Assembly (NCBI RefSeq): GCF_000143415.4
Contig: NW_003314303.1
Span: 1,266,004 to 1,330,003, forward strand
Source: Selaginella moellendorffii
Lineage: Eukaryota > Plantae > Lycopodiophyta
DNA length: 64,000 nucleotides
Direction of reading: 5' to 3'
Shown: one piece after another, positions 1 to 11,457 of the stretch
How positions within the stretch are numbered: the first letter of the stretch is position 1
How the letters are laid out: every line of letters begins with the position of its first letter
Program-made: the position numbers and the translations under genes
Notes under the pieces: model-generated
The model's input: the letters and a program-made list of their open reading frames with translations, nothing else
What the model was told of the DNA's origin: nothing
The model's database searches: none

Positions 1-314
1 TCACCAAGCTCTCGTGTCTTCTTCTGGCTCTCATGGTGATGACCAGCTCGTTGGCCGAGGCGTATATGGTGGAAGAATTCGAGAGCTATCTGGATCGAGG
101 CCGAGATCACGACCGCGGTCAAGTTGGTGTTCGCAAGGGAGCCGTGTGTTCTTCGTGCAGCAAGAAGTACTGTGCTAATCCTTTCAACCATTGCCACTGC
201 GAGAATGGTTGTAGCGAGTGCTCCTGCTACATCACCCAGCAAGCTTTAGCGATGAGAATTGAAATGCCTCTCCATAGTTTGATCTTGACCTTCAAAATAA
301 AGAGAACTATCTGA
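1..314 (+). CDS. Small secreted cysteine-rich peptide, copy A (start codon lies just outside the window; 1-nt deletion changes the C-terminus)
   Basis: Nt 1-250 are nearly identical to 2251-2500. Copy A reads cccagcaagc where copy B reads cccagccaagc, so it shifts frame after the last Cys. Confidence 0.7.
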   Translation, partial: TKLSCLLLALMVMTSSLAEAYMVEEFESYLDRGRDHDRGQVGVRKGAVCSSCSKKYCANPFNHCHCENGCSECSCYITQQALAMRIEMPLHSLILTFKIKRTI

Positions 315-329
315 GCTTAGGTCTTCTTT

Positions 330-806
330 TCACGCAAATTCTGTTTGTTTGAGAGAGTGTCAAGATGTTTGTCAAAACGAAACGTGAGAAGATCGCAGTG
401 TGGAGAGCTTTGCTGCTCGACACTCTCATCGGCCGGTTCTTGACGAGAGGAACCAGCGATTGCACCACGTCTGTGATAAATGGATAATCAGCCTCAAGTT
501 GGATACACGAACAAACAGAAGTTTTGACATGCAAAATGGATAGAAATGAGAACATTATGACCTCCACCTGTATCAAATATTTCATTGCAAACTGCACAAA
601 AGTTTTGACATGCAAAATGCATACAAACGAGAACATTACGAACCCCACCTGTATCAAATCTTTCATTGCAAACTGCCTCGGATCGATGATCTCTACCATC
701 TTATTCGTGTCAATGCCTGGAAGAAGCGAGTCTTGATTCTACCCAAAGAGACGGAGACTCCTTCACCTGGCAGTCATTTCATGTCACATCGGATTTGGTC
801 TTCAAG
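330..806 (-). pseudogene. Decayed fragment of the neighbouring kinase's last exons
   Basis: Translates [35 protein letters not shown] with internal deletions, retained intron remnants and an 81-bp tandem duplication (521-601 / 602-675). Confidence 0.85.
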
Positions 807-860
807 AAAAAGAACAAATGATAAGAGATTCTCTACCACCTTAGTTAGGGTTGAAGCACA

Positions 861-2075
861 ATGGGATCCGTTGCTAAGGAGGAAGTGCAGTCTTCCTACA
901 CCTTCTTCAATCGCAAGGCGGAGCTGGAGAGGCTGCTCAGGATCTTGGATAATGCGCCTCTACAAATCACTGTGCTCCTGGGTCCCAAGGATACGGGAAA
1001 GTCGCTGTTATTGACGCATCTACGCAAGCTATGGAACTCGGATGTGGGCAGGAGCACTTTGGCTCCGATGGTCATCATTGACATGTGCCTCAACGATTGC
1101 TCGTCTCCTGATGCCATGGCCGCTTTTCTGAAGACAGAATTGGGCGGCTGGCAGCGGCGCGTCTGGAGTATACTCTGGCCTCATACAATGGGAACTCGGA
1201 AGCTCGCTCGAAGCATTAAATCGTTCTGGGAAAGTATTGAACACGTTCAAAGTCTTGTGGCAATCCAAGGGATCATAAACAGCTTTCTGACTCAACATGA
1301 GTCTGTCAAGCCGGTTATCGTCATCGACCATGCTCATAAGCTCGCCAAGTGGGAAGGCGTCTACGACAAGGAGCTCGACGACTTGCTCAGTTTCCTGGAG
1401 GCCATAACCAAGCAGACTCAGAGAGCTCATGTGATCATGGCTTCCTCGGACGAGTTCTTCCGGTCGTGGCTGTATAAGAAGTTCGCGGATGGAAGATGCA
1501 GAGCAATAGAACTTGGCCTCTTTAGCGACGAGGAAGCCAAGCAGTTTTTCTCCGAGTACGTGGCACCAACTGTGGGCTTGACGCTCCCGCAAGACTGGGA
1601 GACGAGTGTCTGGCCTTCCATCTTTGAGGCAGCTGGAGGAAGCCCGTATCTATTGAAGACGGTGGCGTGCAACGCTTCTCTTGACGATGGTGAGTGTGCT
1701 ACCAATCTACTGGCACAAGCCCAGGATCTCATAGACATGGAAAAGGTGAACCTGGAGATAGCTTTGGACCTTGGGGAGGAGGAAGGATGGACCCGAGCAG
1801 AGTTGGCTGGGATCGTAAAGGCGATTGTGCAGGGCGGTGGTGCCGTGACATACAAGAAGGTGGTAGCCGAAGTGTTCCGTTGGCAGATCAACCGTGCCAA
1901 CGAAGTTGTAAAACGGCTGGTGCGCAACAAGGTCATCCATGTTCGCGTGCTCACCAGGGCTACCAAGTACAGAGACATGCCTGCGCAGCACACCGAAGCG
2001 GGTGCGTACCTCATGGCCACCAGTCCTGCGGCATATGCAGCCATGAAGTCAGGTTCATACTTGCTGTATTGTTAA
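861..2075 (+). CDS. Intronless P-loop ATPase, archaeal-ATPase (ATPase_2 / STAND-like) family
   Basis: 404-aa ORF with FFNRKAELERL, Walker A GPKDTGKS, Walker B VIVIDH, sensor region HVIMASSD, a GGSP motif and a probable C-terminal winged helix. Confidence 0.8.
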   Translation: MGSVAKEEVQSSYTFFNRKAELERLLRILDNAPLQITVLLGPKDTGKSLLLTHLRKLWNSDVGRSTLAPMVIIDMCLNDCSSPDAMAAFLKTELGGWQRRVWSILWPHTMGTRKLARSIKSFWESIEHVQSLVAIQGIINSFLTQHESVKPVIVIDHAHKLAKWEGVYDKELDDLLSFLEAITKQTQRAHVIMASSDEFFRSWLYKKFADGRCRAIELGLFSDEEAKQFFSEYVAPTVGLTLPQDWETSVWPSIFEAAGGSPYLLKTVACNASLDDGECATNLLAQAQDLIDMEKVNLEIALDLGEEEGWTRAELAGIVKAIVQGGGAVTYKKVVAEVFRWQINRANEVVKRLVRNKVIHVRVLTRATKYRDMPAQHTEAGAYLMATSPAAYAAMKSGSYLLYC

Positions 2076-2243
2076 ACTGTTTTTAAACATTTTATTTATC
2101 TTCTAATATAGTTATTTTACTGAGACTGTGCATGCAAAGACTAGCATGTCGTTCACTTGCGTTTCATGCAACTGCAAGTTGGCGAGCATAAAACCCAACG
2201 AGGGACAAGCGATGTGACCAACTGCATTGGAAGATTATAGAGA

Positions 2244-2513
2244 ATGGCGGTCACCAAGCTCTCGTGTCTTCTTCTGGCTCTCATGGTGATGACCAGCTCG
2301 TTGGCCGAGGCGTATATGGTGGAAGAATTCGAGAGCTATCTGGATCGAGGCCGAGATCACGACCGCCGTGAAGTTGGTGTTCGCAAGGGAGCCGTGTGTT
2401 CTTCGTGCAGCAAGAAGTACTGCGCTCATCCTTTCAACTATTGCCGCTGCGAGAATGGTTGCAGCGAGTGCTCCTGCTACATCACCCAGCCAAGCTTTAG
2501 CGATGAGGATTGA
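2244..2513 (+). CDS. Small secreted cysteine-rich peptide, copy B (89 aa)
   Basis: Hydrophobic signal (MAVTKLSCLLLALMVMTSSLAEA), charged pro-like segment, then C-x2-C-x4-C-x6-C-x-C-x3-C-x2-C-x-C. Confidence 0.75.
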   Translation: MAVTKLSCLLLALMVMTSSLAEAYMVEEFESYLDRGRDHDRREVGVRKGAVCSSCSKKYCAHPFNYCRCENGCSECSCYITQPSFSDED

Positions 2514-2729
2514 AATCCCTCTGGAATAGTTTGATAGTGACCGTGCTTTAGCTTCCGAGCAGGCTTCACAATAAAGAGAACTTTCTTTCGCCCATTACAA
2601 TCCTTGAGCACTATAAGCTAGATGGTAACTTACAGTCTGCTCGAGGAGAAAAGCGATCGAGGATGTTCTTTTCACGCAAATTCTGTTGCTTTTGATTGAC
2701 AAAACAATGAAAGAGTGACAAGAGGTTTG

Positions 2730-4365
2730 TCAAAACGAAACGTGAGAAGATCGGCAGTCGCTACTTCCACTCTCGGCAGATGAGGATTTTACAGTGACGA
2801 TGGCGTGGAGAAAGCTGGGGCTGCTCAACACTCTCATCGGCCGGTTGTGCTTGATGAGAGGAACTAGCGATTGCACAACGTCTGTGATAAATGGCCTGTA
2901 ATCGGCCTCGGGTTGGACACACATAGCAGCAATAGCTGCGATCTGGAAGAACAAAAAGGAAGTTTTGACACGTAGCATGGATAAGTTTTCGAGCCCCACC
3001 TGTATCAAATCTTTCATTGCAAACTGTCCGTTCAGCCTCGGATCGATGATCTCTACCATCTTGTTCCTGTCTGTGAGCCGTGGCAATGCCTGGAAGAAGC
3101 AAAAAAATTGGTTTTTCACACGATCAAAGAAGGAAGTCTTGATATCAATTACCCAAGAGACGAGAACTCCTTCGCCTGGCGGTCGTTTCATGTCCACAGG
3201 AACACGACCCGTGAGAAGCTCCAGCAGAACCACTCCAAAGCTATACACATCGGATTTGGTCGTCAAGTGTCCAGTTAACGCATACCTGGAAGAAAAATGT
3301 GATTTTTTCTTGAGAAAAGAACGCAAGGAGATGTTTTTTTACATACTCGGGCGCTACGTAGCCTTGAGTTCCCAGGACCCGCGTTGAGACGTGACCCCCA
3401 GCTTTGTCCGAGCCCAGCTTTGCGAGGCCAAAGTCGGAAACTTTGGCGTTATACTTGTCGTTGAGGAGGATGTTGCTGCTCTTAAAATCCCTGTGAATTA
3501 TGGGAGGGCTCACCATCTCGTGCAAGTACTCGAGGCCTCGAGCAGCGTCAAGAGCTACGCGCATTCGAGTGTCCCAGTCGAGCATCGGTGGCCTACCACT
3601 GGTTCCTGTAGATCAGCAAAGTTGGAGCTCTCGTTGGTTTCTGGTAAGAGGTTTCCATACCATCCGAGTGTAGGTGTTCTTGGACGCTTCCGTTTGGCAT
3701 GAACTCGTAGACAAGCAGCCTGTGTTCTTGATCAGCGCAATATCCGATGAGTTCCAACAAGTGTGGAGAGTGTAGTCTGCTCAGCATGTCAACCTGATCC
3801 AGAAGTTCTGTGAGAAAAAAGAAAGAAAAAAGAGATTTTTGATGGAAGAAGGATTACCTCTACTCGAAACTCTCGGTCACCCTGTTTGCCCCCTCGATCG
3901 AGCTGCTTGATTGCCGCAGTTCTACCGTCGGGAAGAACACCCCGGAAAACACTGCCAAATCCGCCTTGCCCGACTTCGTTGGACGTAGTAAAGTTGTTTG
4001 TAGCGGCCTGCATTTGCTTGTAAGTGAAAACCTGTGCTTCGCTCGTCGATCCATTGTAGCTAGAGCGTCTAGAGAGGGAAATTGACTGGCTGGTCACGCT
4101 CTTTGCCGGCTCGGCCACTGCGAAGCAAGAGATTCAGGAAAAATGAAAGAAGGATAAGGAAGCTCTTCCGGAAGGACAAAAAATCTAGCGGGAGTGACGT
4201 ACCTTCTTGTCGAGGAGCTCGAGCTTTGTGTCGAAGATAGCAGTAGTACGCAAACGCGATGGCTACAAGGACGAGAGCCGCGGAAGCGATGATAATGGCG
4301 ATGATAAGCACAAGGTTGTCCTCCGAGGTGTTATCACCGGCGAGCTCCACCAAGACCCTCCTCAT
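2730..4365 (-). CDS. Membrane-anchored receptor-like Ser/Thr kinase (PBL7-like), multi-exon
   Basis: N-terminal TM helix, then [35 protein letters not shown] and [16 protein letters not shown] spread over short exons. Confidence 0.92.
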
Positions 4366-6749
4366 TCTAGTTGGAAGCTTAGAGGGCCTTGCCTCCCAGC
4401 AAAGTTCCAGCTTTTCCTTCCCTGTTCTTCCTCTTCTTCCTCCTAGCTATGTCTATGAGCATTGTGAGCTTTAGAGCACCAGCATTGCGTTAGTTCCAAG
4501 CGAGCTCTTCTCCAAAGCTTCCTTTTTCCTGATCTTGAGAGACCCAAAGTGGTTCTTCCTTGCTCGCTCGCTACAGATCCATAGCTCTCTCCTGGAAGAC
4601 TGTCGCGTTGCTAGATCGCCGTGTGATCAGCGATGATGCCCACGAAGCTATATGGAGCAAAGCGCCAAGAGCACTCCTTGGACGCTTTTGTGAGCCGAGG
4701 ACACACACGTGACTCTGGTCAGAAATTACTGCCGCTCTACCGCGTTACCGCGGCAAATGCCCGGCCGGGGCATTTGCAAGAACTTGGACTTCCTCCGCGG
4801 TTTTGTCCTGTGGGCGATTGTTAAATCGCTTGGAGCTAGCCGGGGCGGCGAGTGGATTTACCTGTGCTCACACTGACGCTGGGCGCTCGATGTTTCGCTC
4901 GCGGTGTCGCCGAATGCACCACCACAGCAACACAACAAAAGAGCTTTTGAATCGCGAGAACGGGGTGTGATGTGATTGCCGAGCTGAGCTCTCTAGAATG
5001 TTAAAAGCAAAAAAGAAACGCCCTCTTCTCCTTGTTCGTCTTCTTTCTCTCGTTCTTTGGAGCTCGCACGACGTGAAATGGACTGGATCATTCAATGTGC
5101 ATGGCAGCTGCATTGGAGGGAATTGTAAAACTGTCCACGAGAATTCTTGAGGGTCAGTCGCAGGAGGGATGATTCGTGTAAGAAAAACTTTTCTTTTCTC
5201 TTTCGTCAAAGAGGAAGAGGCCTTAAACAAAGGTTTGGGGGTGAATTGGCCATGGCATTAGTGCCGCACAGAGGCAAATGCATGGATGGGAACTGTTTTC
5301 CAAGCGAGAAAATCACGAATCATGCTGGGAGGTTTGTCCATCCGGTTATAAAGATCGCAACAGCGACACCACCCGCAATTTGACACGGTGAGCATTGCGA
5401 GCCTATCCTACGCATTCTTATTTTTCTTCCATTTTTCTGTCTTTTCTGGAAAATAAATGTATAAATTCGTAAATGCGGGTTGCTGGGCGCAGCACTATGG
5501 GACTGCCATGTCGTCCTTTTTCTTGCAAATTATTGCTTTTATTTTTTTTTTTTCAAATTTCTAAAGAAAAAGATTAGAGACGAGAACTTGCTTGAATCGA
5601 GGGACATGGACGTCCCAGCTAAGATCTTCTGCAACTTCTCTCGATTTTTTTGGTCCTCATCACTCACCGAATTCTCGGATGGATGGAACTCTACGAATTA
5701 CAATGGTCTCCTCTCAATCAATCAATCGAAGTCAAAACGATGAAACTTTCGATCGATCCCTTGCTGGTTTCGCGGCGAGGCAAAATTCCCAAAAAACTAC
5801 CCTTTCACCGCACGACACGGTGCGCATGATTCGATTCGAAAACCTTTAACAAACCAGATCGTGCGCATTGTCATTGTGTTCCAAAGTCTAGACAGTGGAA
5901 GAACAAAGGCCAGGATTCGAACCCGCGAAGAAATCTCCCGCGCTTTTAAGCACCACCGTCGATGCCCCGCGGCGGCAACGGCTGGGATGCGAGGATGTGA
6001 AAGTTTTGCCGGGAAAAAGCCGCTTTATTTTGCCGGGAAGGATATGGCATCGAAGAGAGAAAAGGGTTTTTGGAATCGAAGACGATGGATGGATGGATGG
6101 ACGTATAGGTTGGTGGCAGAAAAGTGTCTACTGATTGTACTGGCAGGCGATTGATCGTCGCAATCGTTTGTTTGCTCGTCCTCTCCTCTCCTTTTCTGGA
6201 TCTTTTCTCCTTCCATTCGGTGTGTTGTGGTGTTGGGCGATGGCGTGAGCGAGTGTGCGTTGCAGTAATCGGTCCCTCCTCTCGACCCACCTTGGTATCT
6301 CGAGCTGGGATGAATCAGAGCTACTTTGGCAGGGACAAGGTCATTAGATAGATCCAAGCTTGGGTTTTATAAAGGGAAATGTGGCATGGAGGATGGATAG
6401 ATAGATCACGGGCGATGGATTTGCTTAGATGCCTGACCAGATCGCTTTGGAGCGTCGCTATCCTGGATTTAAATGGGTGGTGTTTCTCTTTCACTCCTTT
6501 TGGGCCACAGTGATATCCCCTTTAGCACATGAACAGGCCATGAACAGTCAGTCGCTTGTCCCACTGTTCGTGCTCGCCTCTGCCATGGGTCAAGGAACCA
6601 GGAAAATCAGGTTTTGATGCTACTTCATGGCTATGGAGGCTGGGATTAGATCGACTAGTTCCATTCCAGGGTCTTGGCGCGAGTAGCGAGAGAAAAAATC
6701 CACTTTTTCTTCGATCTCCAAGAGGAATGCTGCTACTCTCGAGGAGGGT

Positions 6750-8360
6750 ATGTACATGTCTATATCGACACCTTCGCGGCGGCAGTATCAGAATGGTTGC
6801 CCCTCCGGCACCAGTGGCAGTGGCAGCAAGCTCAAGAACGTATCGGTCACGGTGAGCTTCGCGCTTGTTCTCGTGGGTTTGTCACTGCTGGTCTACGTGA
6901 GATCGTTCCTGGCACTTCGCGACGCGTCCGGGCCGGTGTCCTCGATCCCCATCGATGCCTTGCCGGTGGTGATCGCTCTCGCGCAGCGCCAGTACTCACA
7001 CTCGCGGACGTTCGAGAATGTGAGCGCCAGCCCCTCGCCCAGGAGAAGAGATGGCGAGCGAGAAGGTCACAATGGCAGCTTCCATGGTGGGCGATCCACA
7101 AGCTCGTGGGAGAATGCCTCTATTCCTCCATTGGGTGGAGGTGGCGGGCGAGAAGATCACAATGGGAGCTTCCATGGTGGGCGATCGCGATCCAGTAGCT
7201 CGTGGGAGACTTCCTCTATTCCTCCATTGCGTCGTGACAATTCGGGCAATTCGAGCGCTCCATCGCCCGTGATCAGCAGTGGCGTCGATCTCCAGGAGCT
7301 CCTCGCGATTCCGAGCGGCGCCCAGCGGCGGGAGTGGGTCAAGCGGCACTGGGCGAGCATCGAGATCTTACACTCGGACGAGAGGTCAGCGCAATTCTCC
7401 CAGAGAATCAAAGCCTTCCTCAAGGTGACGGCGCACGATCATCACCACCACCACCATCGGCACTGCGCGCCACACTTCTTCCTTGTCTGGATCTCCGCGG
7501 TGGAGTCCTACGGCCCGCGCGAGCGCCGCTGCCTGGAGAGCATCTTCAAGCACCACCCGCGATCCTGCGTCGTGATCGTCTCGCGATCGCTCGACACCCC
7601 CCAAGGCGAAGACCTCCTCGCCCCTCTCGCCAAGCTCGGCTACCGCGTCATGGCCGCCGCGCCGGATCTCCCATTCCTCTTCGGCTCCACGCCCACGGCG
7701 GCGCAGTGGCTCAAGAACCTGCGACGCGGCGCGATCGATCCGGGCGAGATCTCCTTGCGGCAAAACCTGGGCAACATCCTCCGGCTCCTCCTCCTCTACC
7801 GCTTCGGCGGGATCTACCTCGATTCCGACGTGCTCGTTCTCGGGAGCCTCGCGAATCTCTCCAATTCCATCGGCGCCCAGACCGAGGATTCGGTCACCGG
7901 GGAGTGGCAGCGGCTAAACAACGCGGTGCTCGCGTTTGAGCGGCGCCACCCCGTCCTCCATAGCTTCATCCACGAGTTTGCGTTGACTTTCAACGGGAGC
8001 AAATGGGGCCACAACGGGCCGTACCTGGCCACGCGGGTTTTGGACAGGGCGCGGAGGACCGGTACGGTTCCGTGCGGTGTCGTTCGTACGAGGGCGCTGT
8101 ACCCGGTGACGTGGAACCACATCCCGCCGTTGTTTCGCGGCGTGGAGGGCGAGCGCGGGCGGGCATGGCGGGAGGAGAAGCTGCGATGGCTGAGAAGCGG
8201 TGAGTCACTAGCGATCCATCTCTGGAACAAGCAAACCAGGGGATTGCGAGTGGAGCGCGGGAGCGTGATGGAGGATTTACTTCGCAGCCAGTGCGTGGTT
8301 TGCGATGATCGCGACGATGGCCATCATGATCTTCCGCAAGGTATAGAGAGAATGCGATAG
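6750..8360 (+). CDS. Alpha-1,4-glycosyltransferase, GT32 (lactosylceramide 4-alpha-galactosyltransferase-like)
   Basis: Type II TM anchor, RLLLLYRFGGIYLDSD (DxD), LNNAVLAF, KWGHNGPYL, IHLWNK; single exon. Confidence 0.9.
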   Translation: MYMSISTPSRRQYQNGCPSGTSGSGSKLKNVSVTVSFALVLVGLSLLVYVRSFLALRDASGPVSSIPIDALPVVIALAQRQYSHSRTFENVSASPSPRRRDGEREGHNGSFHGGRSTSSWENASIPPLGGGGGREDHNGSFHGGRSRSSSSWETSSIPPLRRDNSGNSSAPSPVISSGVDLQELLAIPSGAQRREWVKRHWASIEILHSDERSAQFSQRIKAFLKVTAHDHHHHHHRHCAPHFFLVWISAVESYGPRERRCLESIFKHHPRSCVVIVSRSLDTPQGEDLLAPLAKLGYRVMAAAPDLPFLFGSTPTAAQWLKNLRRGAIDPGEISLRQNLGNILRLLLLYRFGGIYLDSDVLVLGSLANLSNSIGAQTEDSVTGEWQRLNNAVLAFERRHPVLHSFIHEFALTFNGSKWGHNGPYLATRVLDRARRTGTVPCGVVRTRALYPVTWNHIPPLFRGVEGERGRAWREEKLRWLRSGESLAIHLWNKQTRGLRVERGSVMEDLLRSQCVVCDDRDDGHHDLPQGIERMR

Positions 8361-8491
8361 ATTTGGAGACTTGGGCTTTTAGATCGAGTGGGAATAAAAC
8401 AGCAATGATCGCCATGCATTCTCTTATTTGATCGTTCGTGTATGTGAATCACACAGGAGATGGAAGATCTAGAGGTACTATGTTCGAGAAG

Positions 8492-9469
8492 TCAAGACTT
8501 TGGCAGTGGCTTCTCGACGATTTCTCGACCGAGTGGCGAGGGACCAGACGCCTTGGCGACCCTGTCATTCACACAATGATGGAACTCCACAGCCGCCATC
8601 GCTGGGCTCTCGTCGCAAGTTTTGCAAGGGAATCGAGCTGGTGGGGGTGTTGTCAGACTCTCCACGAGCCTTTGATGAGGAGCACCCGGAGCTCTAGCAT
8701 CCTCCAAGTCGAGCTTGAGAAGATTGAGGTCGTCGCGTAGAACGCTGGAGGGGGAGATGCTCGCGACCGACGAGGAGCCATGATCGCCTGGATCATCAGC
8801 TTGTGGTGGTGGATCGCTGGAAGAGGAGCGAGCTTGCGAAGGTGGTGGAGGAGCTTGCGCCGGTGAGGACGAGCCTTTATCGCCTCGAGGTTGTGATGGT
8901 AGTGATGGCCATGGATCGCTAGATGGTGTATAGACAAGCTTGCGAGCGACTGAAGATCCGGCCACGGCTTCCGCGGCTGTGCGCTTCCAGATCATGGTAG
9001 TCCGCGAAGTTGTAGAGGTGGACGACGCTCGAAGCCTCGTTTCACGAAGCTCTGCATTGGGCTGATCCGGCTCGTCCGTCAAGGATGCGGAGCGCGCCGA
9101 GGATGATAATCGAGCGCTTCGTCTCTCTCTCTTGGTTCTCTTGCGGCTGGCGTGGAAGTGGCTGCCGCCATCCAGGCTGGGGTGGTGGTGGCTGACGATG
9201 AGGCCAAAGTTTGTGTTCTCGTTGATGTAGAATCGCTGGGGCCTGGGATTGTCCTCCGTGACGTCGTTTGGCGATCGCTGGGAGACGAGATAGATGCAGA
9301 GATCGCTGGCGGTGATCCCGATCAGGCGGCTCATCTGGGATTGGAACTTGGCGAAGGAGAGGAGTGGATGGATCCCAATGTGGCCTTTCAAGTGATCCTT
9401 CTCGCCGTCGCGGAAGAGCACTGGGTATGGCGTCGCAAAGCTGTCCATTGTTCTGTAGAGGAAGGCCAT
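8492..9469 (-). CDS. Plant-specific uncharacterised protein (DUF7138-like)
   Basis: N-terminal YPVLFRDGE...FQSQMSRLIGI motif and C-terminal CKTC...FHHCVND motif; family recalled from memory. Confidence 0.7.
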   Translation of the reverse strand: MAFLYRTMDSFATPYPVLFRDGEKDHLKGHIGIHPLLSFAKFQSQMSRLIGITASDLCIYLVSQRSPNDVTEDNPRPQRFYINENTNFGLIVSHHHPSLDGGSHFHASRKRTKRERRSARLSSSARSASLTDEPDQPNAELRETRLRASSTSTTSRTTMIWKRTAAEAVAGSSVARKLVYTPSSDPWPSLPSQPRGDKGSSSPAQAPPPPSQARSSSSDPPPQADDPGDHGSSSVASISPSSVLRDDLNLLKLDLEDARAPGAPHQRLVESLTTPPPARFPCKTCDESPAMAAVEFHHCVNDRVAKASGPSPLGREIVEKPLPKS

Positions 9470-9794
9470 TCACGTACCCCATGCTGGAATCTTTGCATAA
9501 AATATGAAACGATGCGTCATACGATTATGCTCGATGTGCATGATAAGAATAAATATAAAAGTTTAAAACATTTCTTGTTATATTTTGCAATGTCATCGTT
9601 TGTATGGTTTTTAAACAAAAGAAGTAATCAATAAGCCTACTTGACTTCTTATTAAAACCAATATATAACAAGCGAAAGAACTGGTCAACGGCGACCAAGG
9701 ACTGGGAACTATGTTAATACATATATATAACATACAAAGGAAGTGGTCAACATAGTCCAAGGAGTCAAACAAGGACTGAGAACTCCAACTTGCA

Positions 9795-11457
9795 TTAGAT
9801 CGAGCAACTTCGCGTGTGATCGAAATGAAAGAGAGTTTGCGACCCTTCCTTCATTCCTACAATGATCTCCCACAAGCTCCCAACAAAGCCCAGAACCGTG
9901 ATTGTCACCCCAAGAACGATGCAGGCCTGTGAAACAAAGAATGTTTAGAGAGTTTCTCCAAGGATTTGAGTGGAGCAATACCATGTTTGCGAGCCAGGAA
10001 AGGCTGAGTGGCTCGGGCCGCTTGATTCGAAGCCAAAATAGGCACGGCACCTGCGAGCAAGACAATGCAAATCGATTGTAGCGTAAGTACCTGGCAGCGT
10101 AGCCGCGACCAAGGCTCGTACAAAGTATGACGACGGGGCGATGACAAGGCCGCCAACCAGCGCGATTATATTCTTGAAGAAGGGGAAGAGAACTGCGACG
10201 AAGCATGTACAAGCTGCCAGGAAGAAAATCTCCAAAAGTCAAGCAAAGCTGCTGCGTGAGAAGTCTGGCATCCTTTTTCTTACCAATGTACGAGTAGCGC
10301 GCAAACACAAATGCTGGGAACTGCTTGAATGGACTCATCTTCGAGAAATGCGGCTGAAGCATCTCATAGACCGGCAGCGCGTAAACCTGGAACAAACGTT
10401 ACTCGAAAAAAAAAAAAATTAGAAACTTTAACGAGAAAACCGATGGAAGTACCTGATAAGCACCAGTGAGGTGAAGCACCAAGAACAAATTGGCTGTGTA
10501 GAAGGGCCAGCTTGGCAGATGGCTCGAGTGGAGCAGCCGGAGCACATTACCATAGCATGACAAGTTGCCAAATGCCCAGTATCCCAGCACTGCTACGGGG
10601 ATGTAGCAAAACGCAACGATCACGTAAGTTGCCACAACTCCGTGCCACATTGCTTTCGTCGACGGTGCTCGCATCAGCGACTGTATCTCCAGCACAACGT
10701 TCTGGCCTCCATACGCGAAAGCAATCTGTCCAAAGGCATTGAAGGTCTTGGAAACCCTCCTTTTATTCGGGATGTCGTAGGATATAGCAGCAGAGCGGCG
10801 ATCATGTAGGTGGATGGCGCTTCCCCAGATGATGGTGGTGTACCTAGAGAGAACGAAAACGTAAGTTCAGCGAAACGTAGTTTTTCATGATCTTACCCGA
10901 TGGACATGAGCACGGCGAGCGTCGACACCCAAGTCAACGAGGAGAAATTGGGAATGAGGCAGACGGCGAGTTGTGTCGCGGCAAAGACTAGAATGGCTTG
11001 GAAATCTCTGAGGCCACCGTTTGCGATCAGAGAGATCGCATGTCCGCCTGTCACCAAGTAAGCGGTGTTCACAGAAACTTGAAGAATCATCTGCAGAGCA
11101 AATGCGAAGTACCAGCCACCCCGACCGAATGCTTTTCCTCCCAAGTCGGGAAACCTGTCTATTCTCTCATCTTCCAAGTGATGGAGCTGAACCATTTGCC
11201 ACAGTGTGCAGAATGTGATGACATAGGAGACGAGCAGCAGCGACATTCCTCCCCACCTGCAAAATCAAGTTTTCACTGAAACAATGGAAATCAAATTCGT
11301 AAACCAAGCTTGCTTACCATCCCAAGTAGACCATCGCGGACGGAATTCCCAAAACTCCAGCGCCAATTATCGTCGTTACCAAGTGCACAGTTGAGTACCA
11401 CCATCTTCCGTCGTGAGCTCCTCCCTGGAGAGCTCTGAACAAGGAAGAAGCGGGCAT
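9795..11457 (-). CDS. Lysine/histidine transporter-like amino acid permease (AAAP family), multi-exon
   Basis: [66 protein letters not shown]. Confidence 0.88.

Larger units (their letters stand above)
1..806. repeat. Segmental duplicate of ~2251-3267 (peptide gene plus kinase 3' end)
   Basis: Shared strings such as tcaccaagctctcgtgtc, tcttttcacgcaaattctg, gtcaaaacgaaacgtgagaagatc, cctcggatcgatgatctctaccatc and catcggatttggtc. Confidence 0.9.

Noticed and set aside
2244-4365. Peptide plus adjacent kinase as an S-locus-like ligand/receptor pair
   Set aside because: The kinase has only ~17 residues before its TM helix, so there is no ectodomain to bind a ligand.
5905-5930. tRNA gene (GGTTCGAATCC on minus)
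   Set aside because: An isolated B-box-like motif with no acceptor stem, D-arm or anticodon arm.
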